Positions 11,570 through 23,699 of a stretch of DNA of 64,000 bases are shown here, piece after piece. Both the position numbers and the translations under genes were made by a program. Under the pieces are notes generated by a model that had not been told where the DNA came from, ran no database searches, and saw only the letters and a list, made by a program, of their open reading frames with translations. Source of the stretch: Somniosus microcephalus (taxonomy: Eukaryota); the NCBI GenBank assembly GCA_052327205.1, contig CM126226.1:41354001-41418000 (forward strand), read 5' to 3'. Each line of letters opens with the position of its first letter. Within the stretch, counting starts at the first letter, position 1.

Positions 11570-13269
11570 TCTATATATATAAATCGGTACATCTGTCCCA
11601 TCTGTCCTTCTGTCTGTCATCACGTGTGCGTCTGGGGGGGTATGCGCTCGAAAGTTACAGGGCGTACCTATGCGCGCGTTACCTCCAAAGAAAGCTTACG
11701 CTTCCGAGACGGTTTTAAGCGTATTTACGTTTCGGCCGGGCTAAAATCGCGCCCGCGGTATCCGAAAAACCTTCAACATTCCGCTCATTAGCATCTCATT
11801 ATCTGCTCATTAGCAACAGAGTGACCTCGAGGTCGACCAATCGTACGGCGGCTTGCTGCCGCGTGCGGCCGGGCCCTCCTACGGTCGAGTGATGGGACGA
11901 TTGACCAATCCTATGCTTTGGTGACCTGACGGTCGACCAATCGGTGCGTGTGTGGGCGGGCCTTATCGTTCTGAACCGAGGTGAGTCGCCGCCATCTTGC
12001 TTCCATTCTTTTTCCTGCTTTCTGCATCTTTCTTTTCAAATATACATTTCCACCAAAATAAAATTGAATTTATTAAATTGTTTTTAAAAAAATCACTCAT
12101 TTGTAAACCTAACCTGAACATTCTTTTTCCTACCTTTCCCCGTTTTTTTCTTAGGCCTCAAAGCCTGCGCCTTTCTTGCCCAGCCAGGCCCGAGCTAGGT
12201 GATTGCGCTTCTGCTAAGCTCCTCACCCACCCACCCGCCCCCGCCGTGTCACGTTACCCAGGGCAACGGCGTCAGCCATGAGGGTCAGGGTGCGCGCGCA
12301 GCAGGAGCAGGTGAGACGCGGCGTCTCTGTTCCACGCTCGGCCGGGGGGGGGGGGGGGGGGGGGCTCGGCCGCCGGCCGTCTCTCAGAGCCGCAATCGGG
12401 CTCGGCCGCGGGGGGGGGGGCGGGGCTCGGAGAGCGGGGCTCTCGGCCTGGGCCCCCCCTTCCGCCTTCCCCTTCCCTTCCCCCCTCCCTTTCCCCCTCT
12501 CCCTTCCCCCCCCTCCCTTTCCCCCCCTCCCTTTCCCCCCCTTCCCCCCTCCTCCCTTCCCTTCCCCCCTCCCTTCCCCCCCCTCCCTCCCCCCCTCCCT
12601 TCCCCCCCCCTCCCTTCCCCCCCCCTCCCTTCCCCCCCCTCCCTCCCCCCCCTCCCTTCCCCCCCCCTCCCCCCCTCCCTCTCCCTCTCCCCCCCCTCCC
12701 TTTCCCCCCCCTCCCTTTCCCCCCCCTCCCTTTCCCCCCCTCCCTTTCCCCCCCTCCCTTCCCCCCCCTCCCTTCCCCCCCCTCCCTTCCCCCCCCTCCC
12801 TTCCCCCCCTCCCTTCCCCCCCCTCCCTTCCCCCCCTCCCTTTCCCCCCCTCCCTTTCCCCCCCCTCCCTTCTCCCCCCTCCCTGTTCCCCCCTCCCTCC
12901 CTTCCCCCCCCTCCCTTCCCCCCCCTCCCTTCCCCCCCCTCCCTTCCCCCCCCTCCCTTCCCCCCCCTCCCTTCCCCCCCCTCCCTTCCCCCCCCTCCCT
13001 TCCCCCCCCTCCCTTCCCCCCCCTCCCTTTCCCCCCCTCCCTTTCCCCCCCCTCCCTTTCCCCCCCCTCCCTTTCCCCCCCTCCCTTTCCCCCCCTCCCT
13101 TTCCCCCCCTCCCTGTTCCCCCCCTCCCTTCCCCCCCCCTCCCTTCCCCCCCCTCCCTTTCCCCCCCCTCCCTTTTCCCCCCCCTCCCTTTTTCTCCCCC
13201 CCCCCCCCTCCCCCCGTGGAAGGGAAAATTCAAACGTGCATTTCCCTGTGAGGGCTACGTTGTATCCAG
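11570..13269 (+). mobile_element. Putative non-autonomous Helitron-like element (young, CpG-rich)
   Basis: A|TCTATATATATAAA 5' end followed by ctgt-type repeats; sharp switch to CpG-rich sequence; candidate 3' end is a short CCCT-gtg-AGGG hairpin, 11 nt, then CCAG|T (non-canonical versus CTAG); no TIR or TSD seen. Confidence 0.45.
12453..13215 (+). repeat. ~760-bp near-pure polypyrimidine tract, (CCCCCCTCCCTT)n-like
   Basis: Direct reading: almost only C and T on the + strand. Confidence 0.95.
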
Positions 13270-16200
13270 TTACAGTACTGTGTTTTTAAAACGCAGTACA
13301 CAGTGTTGCTGAATTCCATAGGTCTCTTCCTTCTAATCTGTTTACTGTGTCTAGTCTGAAAAGTACACACAGTACTTTGCGGGTTAAATTCCACCAAACC
13401 GTCCTTGTTCCCATCCAATACACTTTGCTAAGTGAAAGAAGGAGGTGGTAGGGTGGAGTATTAATTTTGACCTTTTGATTAAAAAAGTATTAGGAAACTC
13501 TGAAACCCTTTTTACAGCTGCTCTGCCTCAGGAACGACAATAGCCCACTTGAACATTTCAAACTCAAATCTGCTATTCACAAATTGCATTCTGTACAGAT
13601 TTTCAGATCGTTTCTGCTCTAATATATTTATTTATTTGCTTTGGCAATGCTGCTTTTCAGCCAAGCGCTAGGTTGTGTATGATAATTGGGGCAAGGAGTG
13701 GGTCTTGCCTTTTTGGATTACCATCCTCTTGTGGAGGAAGAACTTTACCTTCTGTCTGTACCTGAGATTTCCCTGCAAATAATCTTCTTGTATACAAGTA
13801 GGGGCTACGTAAGCTTAAAACTTACCCACCGCATCAGTTTTGTATTTTATCTTGCACATTTACAGCTAAGATCAACATCAGTGTAATGAATGGTTTGTTC
13901 TGTCACTGACCTCTTGTCTGGCCTGGGTACTACTAATTCCTGATACCAAACTTGGGGCATGTGCACACAAACCCACCCAACACGAATATTGATCATTACT
14001 GGAAGAACTTCATTTCAAAATGGTGCAATTGGCATCGTGCTTTCAGGGCATCTGATTTATGATGTCTTTGTAGAGTGTCTTTTAATTATGTTGCAATTGG
14101 AGATTTGATCAGCCCCCCCCCCCCCCCCCCCCCGAATAGGTGCGTCATGCGTGTTACTCACTAAATTGTGTTGACCTCAGTCATGTGATGCTTAGAATCT
14201 CCTAAGCAAGCTGACAGACTGTTGTATGACTGAGGTTATCATGGTTCACAATGGAGAGGAATCGCTGAGCCTGACTGATTTGAAATGCTTTGAATGAAGT
14301 GTGAAGTGAGCTTTCGTTCTTTCCTTATCATTTGTTAATGATGCAGTGTAGCTTTGGGCACATTCCAGCAAATTTTGAACAATGTTTTATGATTATATCG
14401 TCCGCTCTGTTACTGTTTGCAGGAATCAAATTGTGCCAGTCCTCAGTGTATGGTGTGCAGGAGTTTTTTTTTTGCGTCTGTCAGACTGTTGAATGGATTT
14501 AGGCAGGGTGCCAGGGAAGTCGTATATCTTATGACTTGGAGTAGGCTGAGTTGCAAACAGGTGCTCTTAGCGAGTCTTTAGTGTAACTGTTTTCCGAAAA
14601 CGCGGGCCGCAGCGTCCTGATGCATGTGGTGTGAAATTCTTCCAGCTGGTAGGGTTTGGAGGCAGTGTGTCTGCTGCAGTCTGAACTTGCCTTGACCTCC
14701 CGCATCTAGACTCGCTGAAGTGGCATTGTCATTTATGTAGGAATAAAGCCCTGTGCTTATTTTACCAGACTTTTGCTCCGTTTGGCATGTAGGCAGAGTA
14801 CAGGGGAACCTAGTGTTTGATAATTTAGGAAGCCCCAGCTTTTTTTTCTTTTGAACCCCCCCCCCCCCCGCTGCCTTTTCTAACATTATTTCAGAGCTAT
14901 TGGAAACGCTCCACATAAACCCATGCTCGAGGTAGGTTTGTGTGAGGCTCCTGATGGGGCTTGCAGAACTTTGCATGTAGTGCTCATGTACTACTTTTGT
15001 ACCATGCTTGGCTTCAATAAGTGATTAAATTGGACTTTCTTCAAAATATAAATTGACCTGAAAGTGATCAGTAATGCTGTGCCCCTTGAATTCACACATG
15101 TATTCCTGTTATATGGGAAAGGGGTAACTTATCTCTGAAACATTCAGTGGGGCTCCATAGCTAAATTCTCTTGTTTTCCATGCTTGGTTTTCATGCTTTG
15201 TTGTTGCAGGAACAAACAGTAGTTAGGAACATTCTTTTCAGACTCTTAAAACATGCAATATTCTCAGTTTATCAGACTCTAGGAAATACCCTGGTCCTCA
15301 GGTCTGGTGTGTATAGGGGAGTGGGCTGGAGGTAGATGGTGCTGTTGGTTGTGTTGTAAGCTGTTGGTCCTACAGTGCTGTACTTACAATGGTGTCAAGG
15401 GAATAGTTCTCACCTGGCCATTCCTGTGCCATTCACCAATGGACAGTTCAGATAACATTGATGGTGAGGTGAGTGCCTTGGGGAGAACAGAGATAAGAAA
15501 GATGGGGACAAGTGGAGGATGTCTTAACTGGAATGCATATACTTCCTGTTTTCTCTGGCCGCACCCCATCCTCACTCTTGCAAGCACATTAAGCATTCTG
15601 TGTGGGTACATGTAGATCTTGGAATGTATTCACTGTCCTTTGGATTGGTCACGCACACTCTTGCTGGTCCTTTGGATCTCTCCCACTCACGCTTTCTCAT
15701 CTTATTTTTGGTTTAGTGGCCTTGTATTCAGAGCCCTGTTCTGACCTTTTCTATAATTGCATCTGAAGCTCTATTCTATTCTATACAAGGGAATATCGAA
15801 CGCAAACTAGTGATTTGCCCTTTTTCTTTGGTCCTCACGACTTTATAATTTTGGGTGGTATTACTTTTGCTTTGAAATGTTCAGCTTGTATTTTAGCTGT
15901 AGTAAGGAGAAATCCTGTTTTAGAATGAGGCAATTCAAAATGGTGATTCATGTCTGAAAATCTGCAGATTGTCCCCTCTCTGTACCGTATTCTAAAACGA
16001 GCATCACACAGACAGTATTCCGAGGGTCTTGCATCCAGTTAGCGCCAACTGGTCTGTGACTATCAGTTTATTTTAGTCAACCTCCTAATAATTGTGTGAA
16101 CTGCTTTGTAGTATGTGTGTGATTTGTCTGACAGACAATTACACATTGTCTAAGAACCCCCCTTCAAGGTTGGATCAATACCTTACAATAAAAACTGTGC

Positions 16201-16339
16201 ACAAAAATCTCAATTCTGAGTTCTCGACTATTCTGTCTTGCCCCCACCATTTGAAAAGCGTGCATGAGGAGTTGAAATGGGGTGATCTTGTAAACCTGGG
16301 CAATGAAGCCAGAATTGGTTTTTATTTGAAGATATTTCA

Positions 16340-16690
16340 CTAGATTGAGGGTTTGAGGTCCACAGATGCTCCCTGAAAAGTGTACGAATAATTGTAAAAT
16401 ATGAAATAAAGCCCCCTCGGGTGGATGTAAAAGATCCCACGGCACTATTTGAAGAACAGCAGGGGAGTTCTTCTGGTGTCCTGGCCAACATTTATTCCTC
16501 AATCGGCACCAAAAATAGATCTGGTCATTTATTTAATTGCTGTTTGTGGGACCTTGCTGTGTGCAAATTGGCTGCCACAATTCCTACATCACAACTGTGA
16601 CTACAATTCAGAAAGTGTTTCATTTTCTGTATAGCATTTTGGGATGTCCTGAGGTCATGAAAGGATCTATATAAATGCAAGGTTTTTTTT
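16340..16690 (+). mobile_element. SINE (HE1/SacSINE1-like)
   Basis: ggatgtaaaagatcccacggcactattttgaagaacagcagggg ... tataaatgcaag. Confidence 0.8.
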
Positions 16691-19199
16691 TCAGAACCTG
16701 TAATTTTGTCTCCTTGCTTGGAGTTTCATCACATTTGGTGTAGTCAGTAATGTCCCCTCAATTTTAGCTCGGAATGAATGTACTGGAACCTGTCCCTGTC
16801 CCTGCAGACGCACTGTATAGTTTCAGCAGCTGCCTCAATCCACCTTTCGCAACATCTTTCCCATACAAAAACAGCCAAAAGATTCCCATCGAAAAATAAC
16901 TACCTACCTCACCCATGGCGCTCAAAAGTTTTATTGCAAGTCCCTGCATGTAGAAATACTACACACTTTTTACATTTTTCATGTGTGGCAGGTGAAAGGA
17001 GTGAACTTTGAGTTGACTTAATGGAATTATTTTAATTTGTTAAAGTTCAGGCAGTACTATTTCACACAGGCTCATGGAACAGTTGGCTAGGGCAGACCAT
17101 TGGATGCTGGCGAAAGAGGGGATTGATAGACACTGGGAAGGTGGGGTTGAGCTCAGACAAAGGGGTACCATAACTGCTTTTTCTTAATCCTAAAATTTCC
17201 TGTGTTTTTTTAATTAAATTGTCACCGAACTCAGCGAGGGGACATTAATTTGATTTATTTTCTCTCCCCATGCAGAGGAACACCGAGATCGGCTAACTTA
17301 GTATGAATCTGGGAAGGAGGTGTGTGTATGGCTGGATGCTGCAATATGTGGTGCATTTACCCAATGAACCTTTATTCTTGTTGCGGGGGCGGTGTGGGGA
17401 AGGGGAAATCAGCTGGTTATTTCCTTCTGTCACACAGTTTTCTGGTTATTATAGCCCTTGGCTCTCATACTCCAGGTAAGTAGTGAAGAGATTACGGAAG
17501 AACTTCCTGAGTGTAAATTTATTGTGACGGAATTAAGTATAGTTGTGATAGAAACTTCCAGAAGGAGGGAGAACTGGAGCGCAAGTCACCCTGGGATAAC
17601 CTGACTTCTCTCCCAGGAACTGGCTACAGATGCTCAAGGATGTGGGAAAAGGTTTCTGCTGCCTGTTTGATCAATTTGCAGTGGTGAAAGAGGGGATAGA
17701 AAACAATTTTTATGTTCTCCTTATTTGGATGGCTGTGCTCTGTATAAAGTGAGGGACTCTGTGTTAAATATTACATATCTTTTGAAATATATGGCTCTCC
17801 TTGCCATTTTATTGACTTTTATTTGTTCCATCCCTCTCGGAAGGTGCATACTCCTGTTAAGGTATGCTTCCAGCGGTGCCAGGCACTCTAGTATTTTACC
17901 CCAGTTGCTAATGTTCATTTTTGGACCTAGACAATGAGTGTTTGGCAGGGGGCCGACCATGAACTTTGGGGGCCAGCTAAGCCAAGCCTGATCCTGTCCT
18001 CACCATGCATGCATTCATGTTCCAGCAAGCACCTCTACTGTCACCCTGGCTGAGATCTAATTCAGCAAAAGCCAAGGACTGAACCTTGCACCTTCTACGA
18101 ACAACAAAATTGACGAGCAGGAAAAGACCAGCTGGTCCATCAAGCCTGCCCCACACCATGATGGCTGGAGCATCATGGCTAGACACCTACCTCCTCCTGC
18201 AGCTATGTAATAATCTCCAGTCTGTGTTTGCCCAGTTACATACTGACTTTACCAACTGAGCCATCGGAGAAGCCTAGACTGAGATTTTGCTGGCGGGTTG
18301 GGTGGGAAAATGTTTTTTTTTTGACCGGGTCGGGAACGCGCCCTTTCCCAATGTTGGGTCTGTCAACGCTGAGCAGACCCGACCGGCAGTGGCGGGCGAC
18401 CCAATTAAAATCATTAGCATCTAGTTGACAGATGCTTAACAGATTTTTTAACTTGCCTTTTGACTTTAACTGCATGACCACAGGAACCACACTGTCCGGG
18501 GACCACAGCTGTCAATCTGAGGCGTGAGTTCAGTGGCCATTGCTCCAGCTAATTACTTGACCGCTTCAAATGTACAGTAAAAGCTCCCACCTGACATCAT
18601 CACTTTCCTCAGCCACAAGTTGTTTCTCAGTCCATTTCCAGCACAGATTCTGTAGGCTTTCCACTTTCCACTCTCCATCCACTCTCCTCATTGGAAGAAC
18701 TCTCTCACCATTGACAGAATGCTTCTGTCATCTCTACTTCACCTGCCATCTATTCCATCAAACATGGGTGCCCTTTATACTGTCTCACCTTGGTCCTCCG
18801 AATCCGACCACGATCAGCCCCAACACCAGCAGCACCGACAACAACACCAACCTTCTCCGCAATCACCTGATGCTGCACAGGACACAGGGCAGCAGCACCC
18901 GAGCATATTGCTGCCAGGGATGACCTCACCATGGCCAGATTTACTTCACCTGACTCTGTACACAGGCTGCCACATGATACGCCAGGTTGGCACCACCCCA
19001 CACCAACACCATAAAGCATCCCTACAATGTCCAAGCCATTTCTTTTACATTCACTACCATTGTGGGGGGTACCGTTATGTCTCACCATTCACTGCAACTC
19101 ACTGAGCCACTTCCAAAGGTGCACACAAATCTGTCCAAGAACGGAAAGTGTTGAAAATAAAGATTTCAGTGTAACAGCACATTAACAGAAACTTTACAT

Positions 19200-19460
19200 T
19201 AATACTGCGGATGCTGGAAATCAGAAATAAAAACAGATAATGCTGGAAATACTCAGCAGGTCAGGCAGCATCTGTAGAGAGAGAAACAGAGTTAACGTTT
19301 CAGGTCGATGACCCTTCGTCAGAACTGGAAAAAGTTGGAGCTGTAACAGGTTTTTAAGCAAGTGTAGGGACAGGGAAAGGGGAGGAAAGAACCAAAGGGA
19401 AGGTCTGATAGGATGGAATGCAGGAGAGATTAAGAGACAAAAGGATGATGGTGCGAGGCA
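19200..19460 (-). mobile_element. Penelope-like element terminal fragment nested in the Harbinger remnant
   Basis: aatactgcggatgctggaaatc...ctcagcaggtcaggcagcatctg...gttaacgtttcaggtcgatgacccttcgtcagaact; carries a hammerhead core. Related copies at ~28441-28580, ~48745-48900 and ~62195-62340. Confidence 0.65.
19290..19326 (-). ncRNA. Minimal type I hammerhead ribozyme motif
   Basis: Minus strand AGUU-CUGACGA-A-GGGUC-AUC-GACCU-GAAAC-GUU-AACU: core CUGANGA and GAAA, stem II GGGUC/GACCU, stem I AGUU/AACU, self-complementary AACGUU in place of stem III. Confidence 0.6.
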
Positions 19461-21807
19461 AAACCTTTACATGAACATTGGATAAAACACCCAAGTGGCT
19501 ACCCTTGTGTGTTAGTTGGTATGATTGCACTAAGATGAGTGTGAGGGATGGCTCGTGAGATGGGGATGTGATGATGTAGATAGAGGGAAGGATGGGTGGA
19601 GGCGCAAGGTAAGTTGGTGTAAGGATGTGCAGGAGTAGGAAAGGCAGAGTGATGGAGATGTGATGAGAGGCACAGGAGGATGACGGTGAGTGTGGCTTTG
19701 CATTAACATTTCGTGATCTAATGAGATCATTGAAAGGTTTGCATCACTGCGGCCAGGTCCTCCTGATGATGTCCCTGCTTGTGACCTCCTCTGCAATGTG
19801 CAACCACATGGGAAGGGAAGAGGACCTCCCTCCATAAGCATATGGAGGGAGTCATGGGAGAACCTGGGTGCAGCCCTCGGCCTCTGTGGTGATTGTCAGT
19901 GTTTGCAGCACTTCAATGCTGTAGAACATTGACAGCACAAACGTCAAAAGTAAGGTGGCCATGGTCCCTTTAAGGAAACCGGCTCAAGACGCGTCGTGAA
20001 TGACGCCGTCAGACCCGCTTCTAATAAGGCCGGGAAGTGCGCTGGGTGGGCTGAACAAGCCCCATTGAGGGAAAGTCATTTTCCAGAGCGGGTTGGAGCC
20101 AGCAGCGGGGCCGCGACTCGCCACCGACATTGCCTAACCCGGACCCGCCGAGGTGAGGAAAATCTCGGCCCAAATGTTTAATATTGCACAATTAGAGCAT
20201 TACTTTGAGAATTGCAATGGAACAAAATTAACTTATAGAATACCTTATAATCACGCTGTTAGAATCTCTCAAAATCGAAGTTGAAATGTGATTGATTCCT
20301 ATCTCCATTCAAATGCTTTCTGCTGTGGAATGTGTACTGAATAATCCTGCAAAATCCCGTGCTGACAGACATGGCTATGAAAAGAGCCCCTCTGACCAAG
20401 CAGAGTCTGGTTTACAAATTGAAGGCTATTTGAGCTGGTATTTTTTATTGTTGTTTTGTACAGTGATGGTTACCAACACTGCACCTGTTGGAATGTTTCT
20501 CCAACAGTGGCTGGTGCCAACCAGCCCTGGAGTACAATTAGCCATCTGACGTTATTTACAGATGGTACGAAACCAGATTTTTATTTAGAATTTTTAAAAG
20601 TTACAAGCTCAAAATGTTTTTGAGCAAGTCTGACTAAATGTGAATGTTTGACTTGGCTAAAGAGGGAGAATTTAGATTTGTGTGCTCCCTGTGCCAGTGT
20701 TGATCTAGAGCGAAGTCTGTTGTGTTGTGTATATGACATTGGCAATTTGCATATAGCCTCTATTGAATTTAATAGAGCTGCGCAGGGACACACACAGCTC
20801 CTCCCTTTGTCTGAACGGCCTGGCAGCGAGGAGACTTGGTGCGGCTGGTCTCCATTTGACAAAGAAATTAGCCTCATTTCAAAAAGTCATTGTGGCGTTT
20901 TATTTTTAACACTTTATTTTAAAATAAAACACCCCCACTTCCAACTTTCTGTTGTGCAGCTGCAGACGCTGTCTGCGTTCCATAGAGCATAGCAGAACTT
21001 CGTATATAGGTAGAGCGCTGGTGTACAACTAACGGTTGTTGAACAGTTTGGAGAACTAATAACCACAGGGTAAAAGTTCTGTGTTCCTTCAGTACCCGAG
21101 TTCTTCATAGATGTGTAACACTAACCACAGTTTTAGTGGTGTTCTGTAAAAGAGTTTTTTTTTTTTTAATAGTAACTCTTGTCAAAGTTGCCAGTCAGAT
21201 TTTTAAATCTCCTGTGATCAGGACTGGGGATGGAAGGAAGAGAATGAGTTTGTTATGGCTGTGCTTCTGTCTTTAGGCACTGACTTATGACCTAGGAATA
21301 GGAGTAGGCCAGTTAGCCCCTTGAGCCTGTTCTGCAATTCAATGAGATCATGGCTGATCTGTGACCTAACTCCATATACCTGCCTTTGCCCCATATCCCT
21401 TGATACCTTTGGTTATCATTCTCTGATTTAAAATTAACAATTGACCTAGAATCAATTGCTGTTTGTGGAAGAGAGTTACAAACTTCTACCACCCTTTGCG
21501 TGTAGAAGTGTTTACTAACTTCACTCCTGAAAGGCCTGGCTCTAATCTTTAGGCTATGCCCCCTAGTCCTAGACTCCCCAACCAGCGAAAATAATTTCTA
21601 TCTACCCTATCAGTTCCCCTTAATATCTTAAACTTCGATCAAATCACCCGTTAACCTTCTAAAATCCAGGGAATACAACCCTAATTTGTGTAATCTCTCT
21701 CTTTGTAATTTAAAACTTGGTGTCCAGGTATCAATATGGTAAATCTATGCTACACTCCTAAGGTGTGGTGCACAGAACTGCTCACAGTACTTCAGATGTG
21801 GTCTAAG

Positions 21808-22380
21808 TTATGCTGAATCTATATAAAGCACTGGTTAGGCCACAACTGGAGTATTGTGTTCAGTTCTGGTCACCACACTTTAGGAAGGATGTGAAGGCCC
21901 TTGAGAGGGTGCAGAGGAGATTTACCAGAATGGTTCCTGGGATGGGGGATCTTGGCTACAAGGACAGGTTGGAGAAGCTGGATTTGATTTCATTAGAGCA
22001 AAGGAGGTTGAGGGGTGATTTGATAGAGGTGTACAAGATTATGACCGGTTTGGAAAGGCTGTTCCCACTAGTTGATGGTACAAGGACTAGGGGGACACAG
22101 ATTTAAGGTTTTGGGTAAGAGATACAGGGGGATGTGAGGAAAAACTTTTTTATGCAGCGAGTGGTGAGGACCTGGAACTCGCTGCTGACGGAAGTGGTGG
22201 AAGCGGAGACACACACACTGTTTTCAAGGGGAGACTGGATAGGCACTTGAGGGAAATAAATTTGCAGGGCTACGGGGATAGAGCGGGGGAATGGGAGTGA
22301 CTGGATTGCTCCGTAGAGAGCTGGCACGGACTCAATGGGCTGAATGGACTCCTTCTGTGCCGTTATGACTCTATGACTCT
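21808..22380 (+). mobile_element. CR1 LINE 3' fragment nested in the opposite-strand CR1
   Basis: MLNLYKALVRPQLEYCVQFWSPHFRKDVKALERVQRRFTRM; tail tatgactctatgactct. Confidence 0.9.
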
Positions 22381-22506
22381 AGACTTTGTATAGCTGTAGC
22401 ATAACTTCTACCCCCTTGTATTCTAGTCCTCTAGATATAAAGGCCAGCATTCCAGTAGCCTTTTTGATTATTTGCTGTACCTGTCCATGACATTTTAATC
22501 TATGTA

Positions 22507-22832
22507 CAGGAAACTCTCGTTTAAACGGCACCTAAATATCCGGAATTCTCTATTAACCAGCAAAATTCATACTCCGAAAACACCTCAATAACCGGCAATG
22601 TTGCCGAGTCCGAGTCTCCCGCGGTGGCCGAGTTAGTCAGTGGGGCTAGTTCTCCAAACTGACACTACTCGGCTTCTTGGCACTGTCAGAAGTCCGAACA
22701 CCTCAATAACAGGAGTCTGACTCTTTGCTTGTTAAAAATAGCCTCAGTAGATAACCCTCTCAGTCATCCGGAATTTTTAATCAACCAGCACCATCCCGGT
22801 CCCGTCGGTGCCGGATACCAAAGAGTTTCCTG
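22507..22832. mobile_element. Tc1/mariner (Tigger/pogo-like) MITE
   Basis: TA|CAGGAAACTCT ... AGAGTTTCCTG|TA, i.e. TIRs with a TA TSD. Confidence 0.85.
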
Positions 22833-23699
22833 TACATGGACCTCCACCGTTTCTAGCTTGTCACCATTCAGAAAGTACTCTGTTCTATCCTTTTTACGTC
22901 CAAAGTGGATGACCTCTCATTTGCCTACATTGAAATCCATTTGCCACAGTTCTGCCCATTCGCCTAATCTATTAATATCTCTTTGTAATTTTATGCTTCC
23001 ATCTACACTGCTTACGATGCCGCCTATCTGTGTCATTGGCAAACTTGGACCACTAGTCACATCCTACCAATTTGAGCACCTGCCCATTATCCCTATTCTC
23101 TGTCTTCTGCCACTCTGCCAGTTTCCCAACTAGTTCAATAATTTGCCTTTAATTCCATGAGCTTCAACTTTAGCTAATGGGGGACTTTATCAAATGCCTT
23201 TCAAAGTAAATAACATCCATAGACATTCCCCTGTCCAATACTTCAGTCACCTTTTTAAAAAATTCAATCCGGATCATCAGGCATGACCTACCCATAAGAA
23301 ATTCATGCTGGCTCTCTGATCAGCTGAACATTTTCAAGGTGTTCAGTCACTCTATCCTTAATTATAGACTCTAGTAATTTCTCGACAACAGATGTTGGGC
23401 TAACTTGTCCATAATTCCCTGGTTTCCCCCTCTCTCCTTTCTTAAACAGCGGAGTGACATGCGCAATTTTTCCATTCTAAAGGAACAGTTTCCGAATTGA
23501 GAACTTTGAAAAATTATAGTTAGGGCATCTGCAATGTTCTCGCCTACTTCCTTTAAATCCCTGGGATGGAAACCATCCAGTCCTGGGGCTTTGTCACTCT
23601 TCAGTGCCATTAATTTCTTCATTACTGTAACTTTGCTTAAAAAACTTTGCCTGTGTTTTTTTTCTTGGTCTAAATTAAAATCGGGGCTAATTTTCCATA

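Larger units (their letters stand above)
18276..20171. mobile_element. Internally deleted PIF/Harbinger transposon with Myb/SANT-like ORF remnant
   Basis: Imperfect TIRs AGACTGAGATTTT / AAAATCTCGGCCC. Minus strand ~19890-19715 reads PRAAPRFSHDSLHMLMEG...WLHIAEEVTSRDIIRRTWPQ*CKPFNDL (Myb/SANT-like DNA-binding domain). Q/H-rich + strand segment 18764-18900 may be a transposase N-terminal remnant. Confidence 0.75.
21293..23640 (-). mobile_element. CR1 LINE (degenerate) interrupted by nested insertions
   Basis: CR1 tail at ~21293-21400; minus-strand LKSDKAPGLDGFHPRDLKEVGENIADALTIIFQSS near 23500-23620. Confidence 0.85.

Noticed and set aside
12199-13312. Long Pro-rich / Gly-Arg-rich ORFs (336-350 aa) on both strands
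   Set aside because: They arise from the stop-free C/T tract; no domain or splice support.
13500-16100. Repeat-poor part of intron 3 as a hidden gene or snoRNA/telomerase RNA
   Set aside because: No convincing exon chain, C/D or H/ACA architecture, or CUAACCCU template found; it could still hold conserved non-coding elements.
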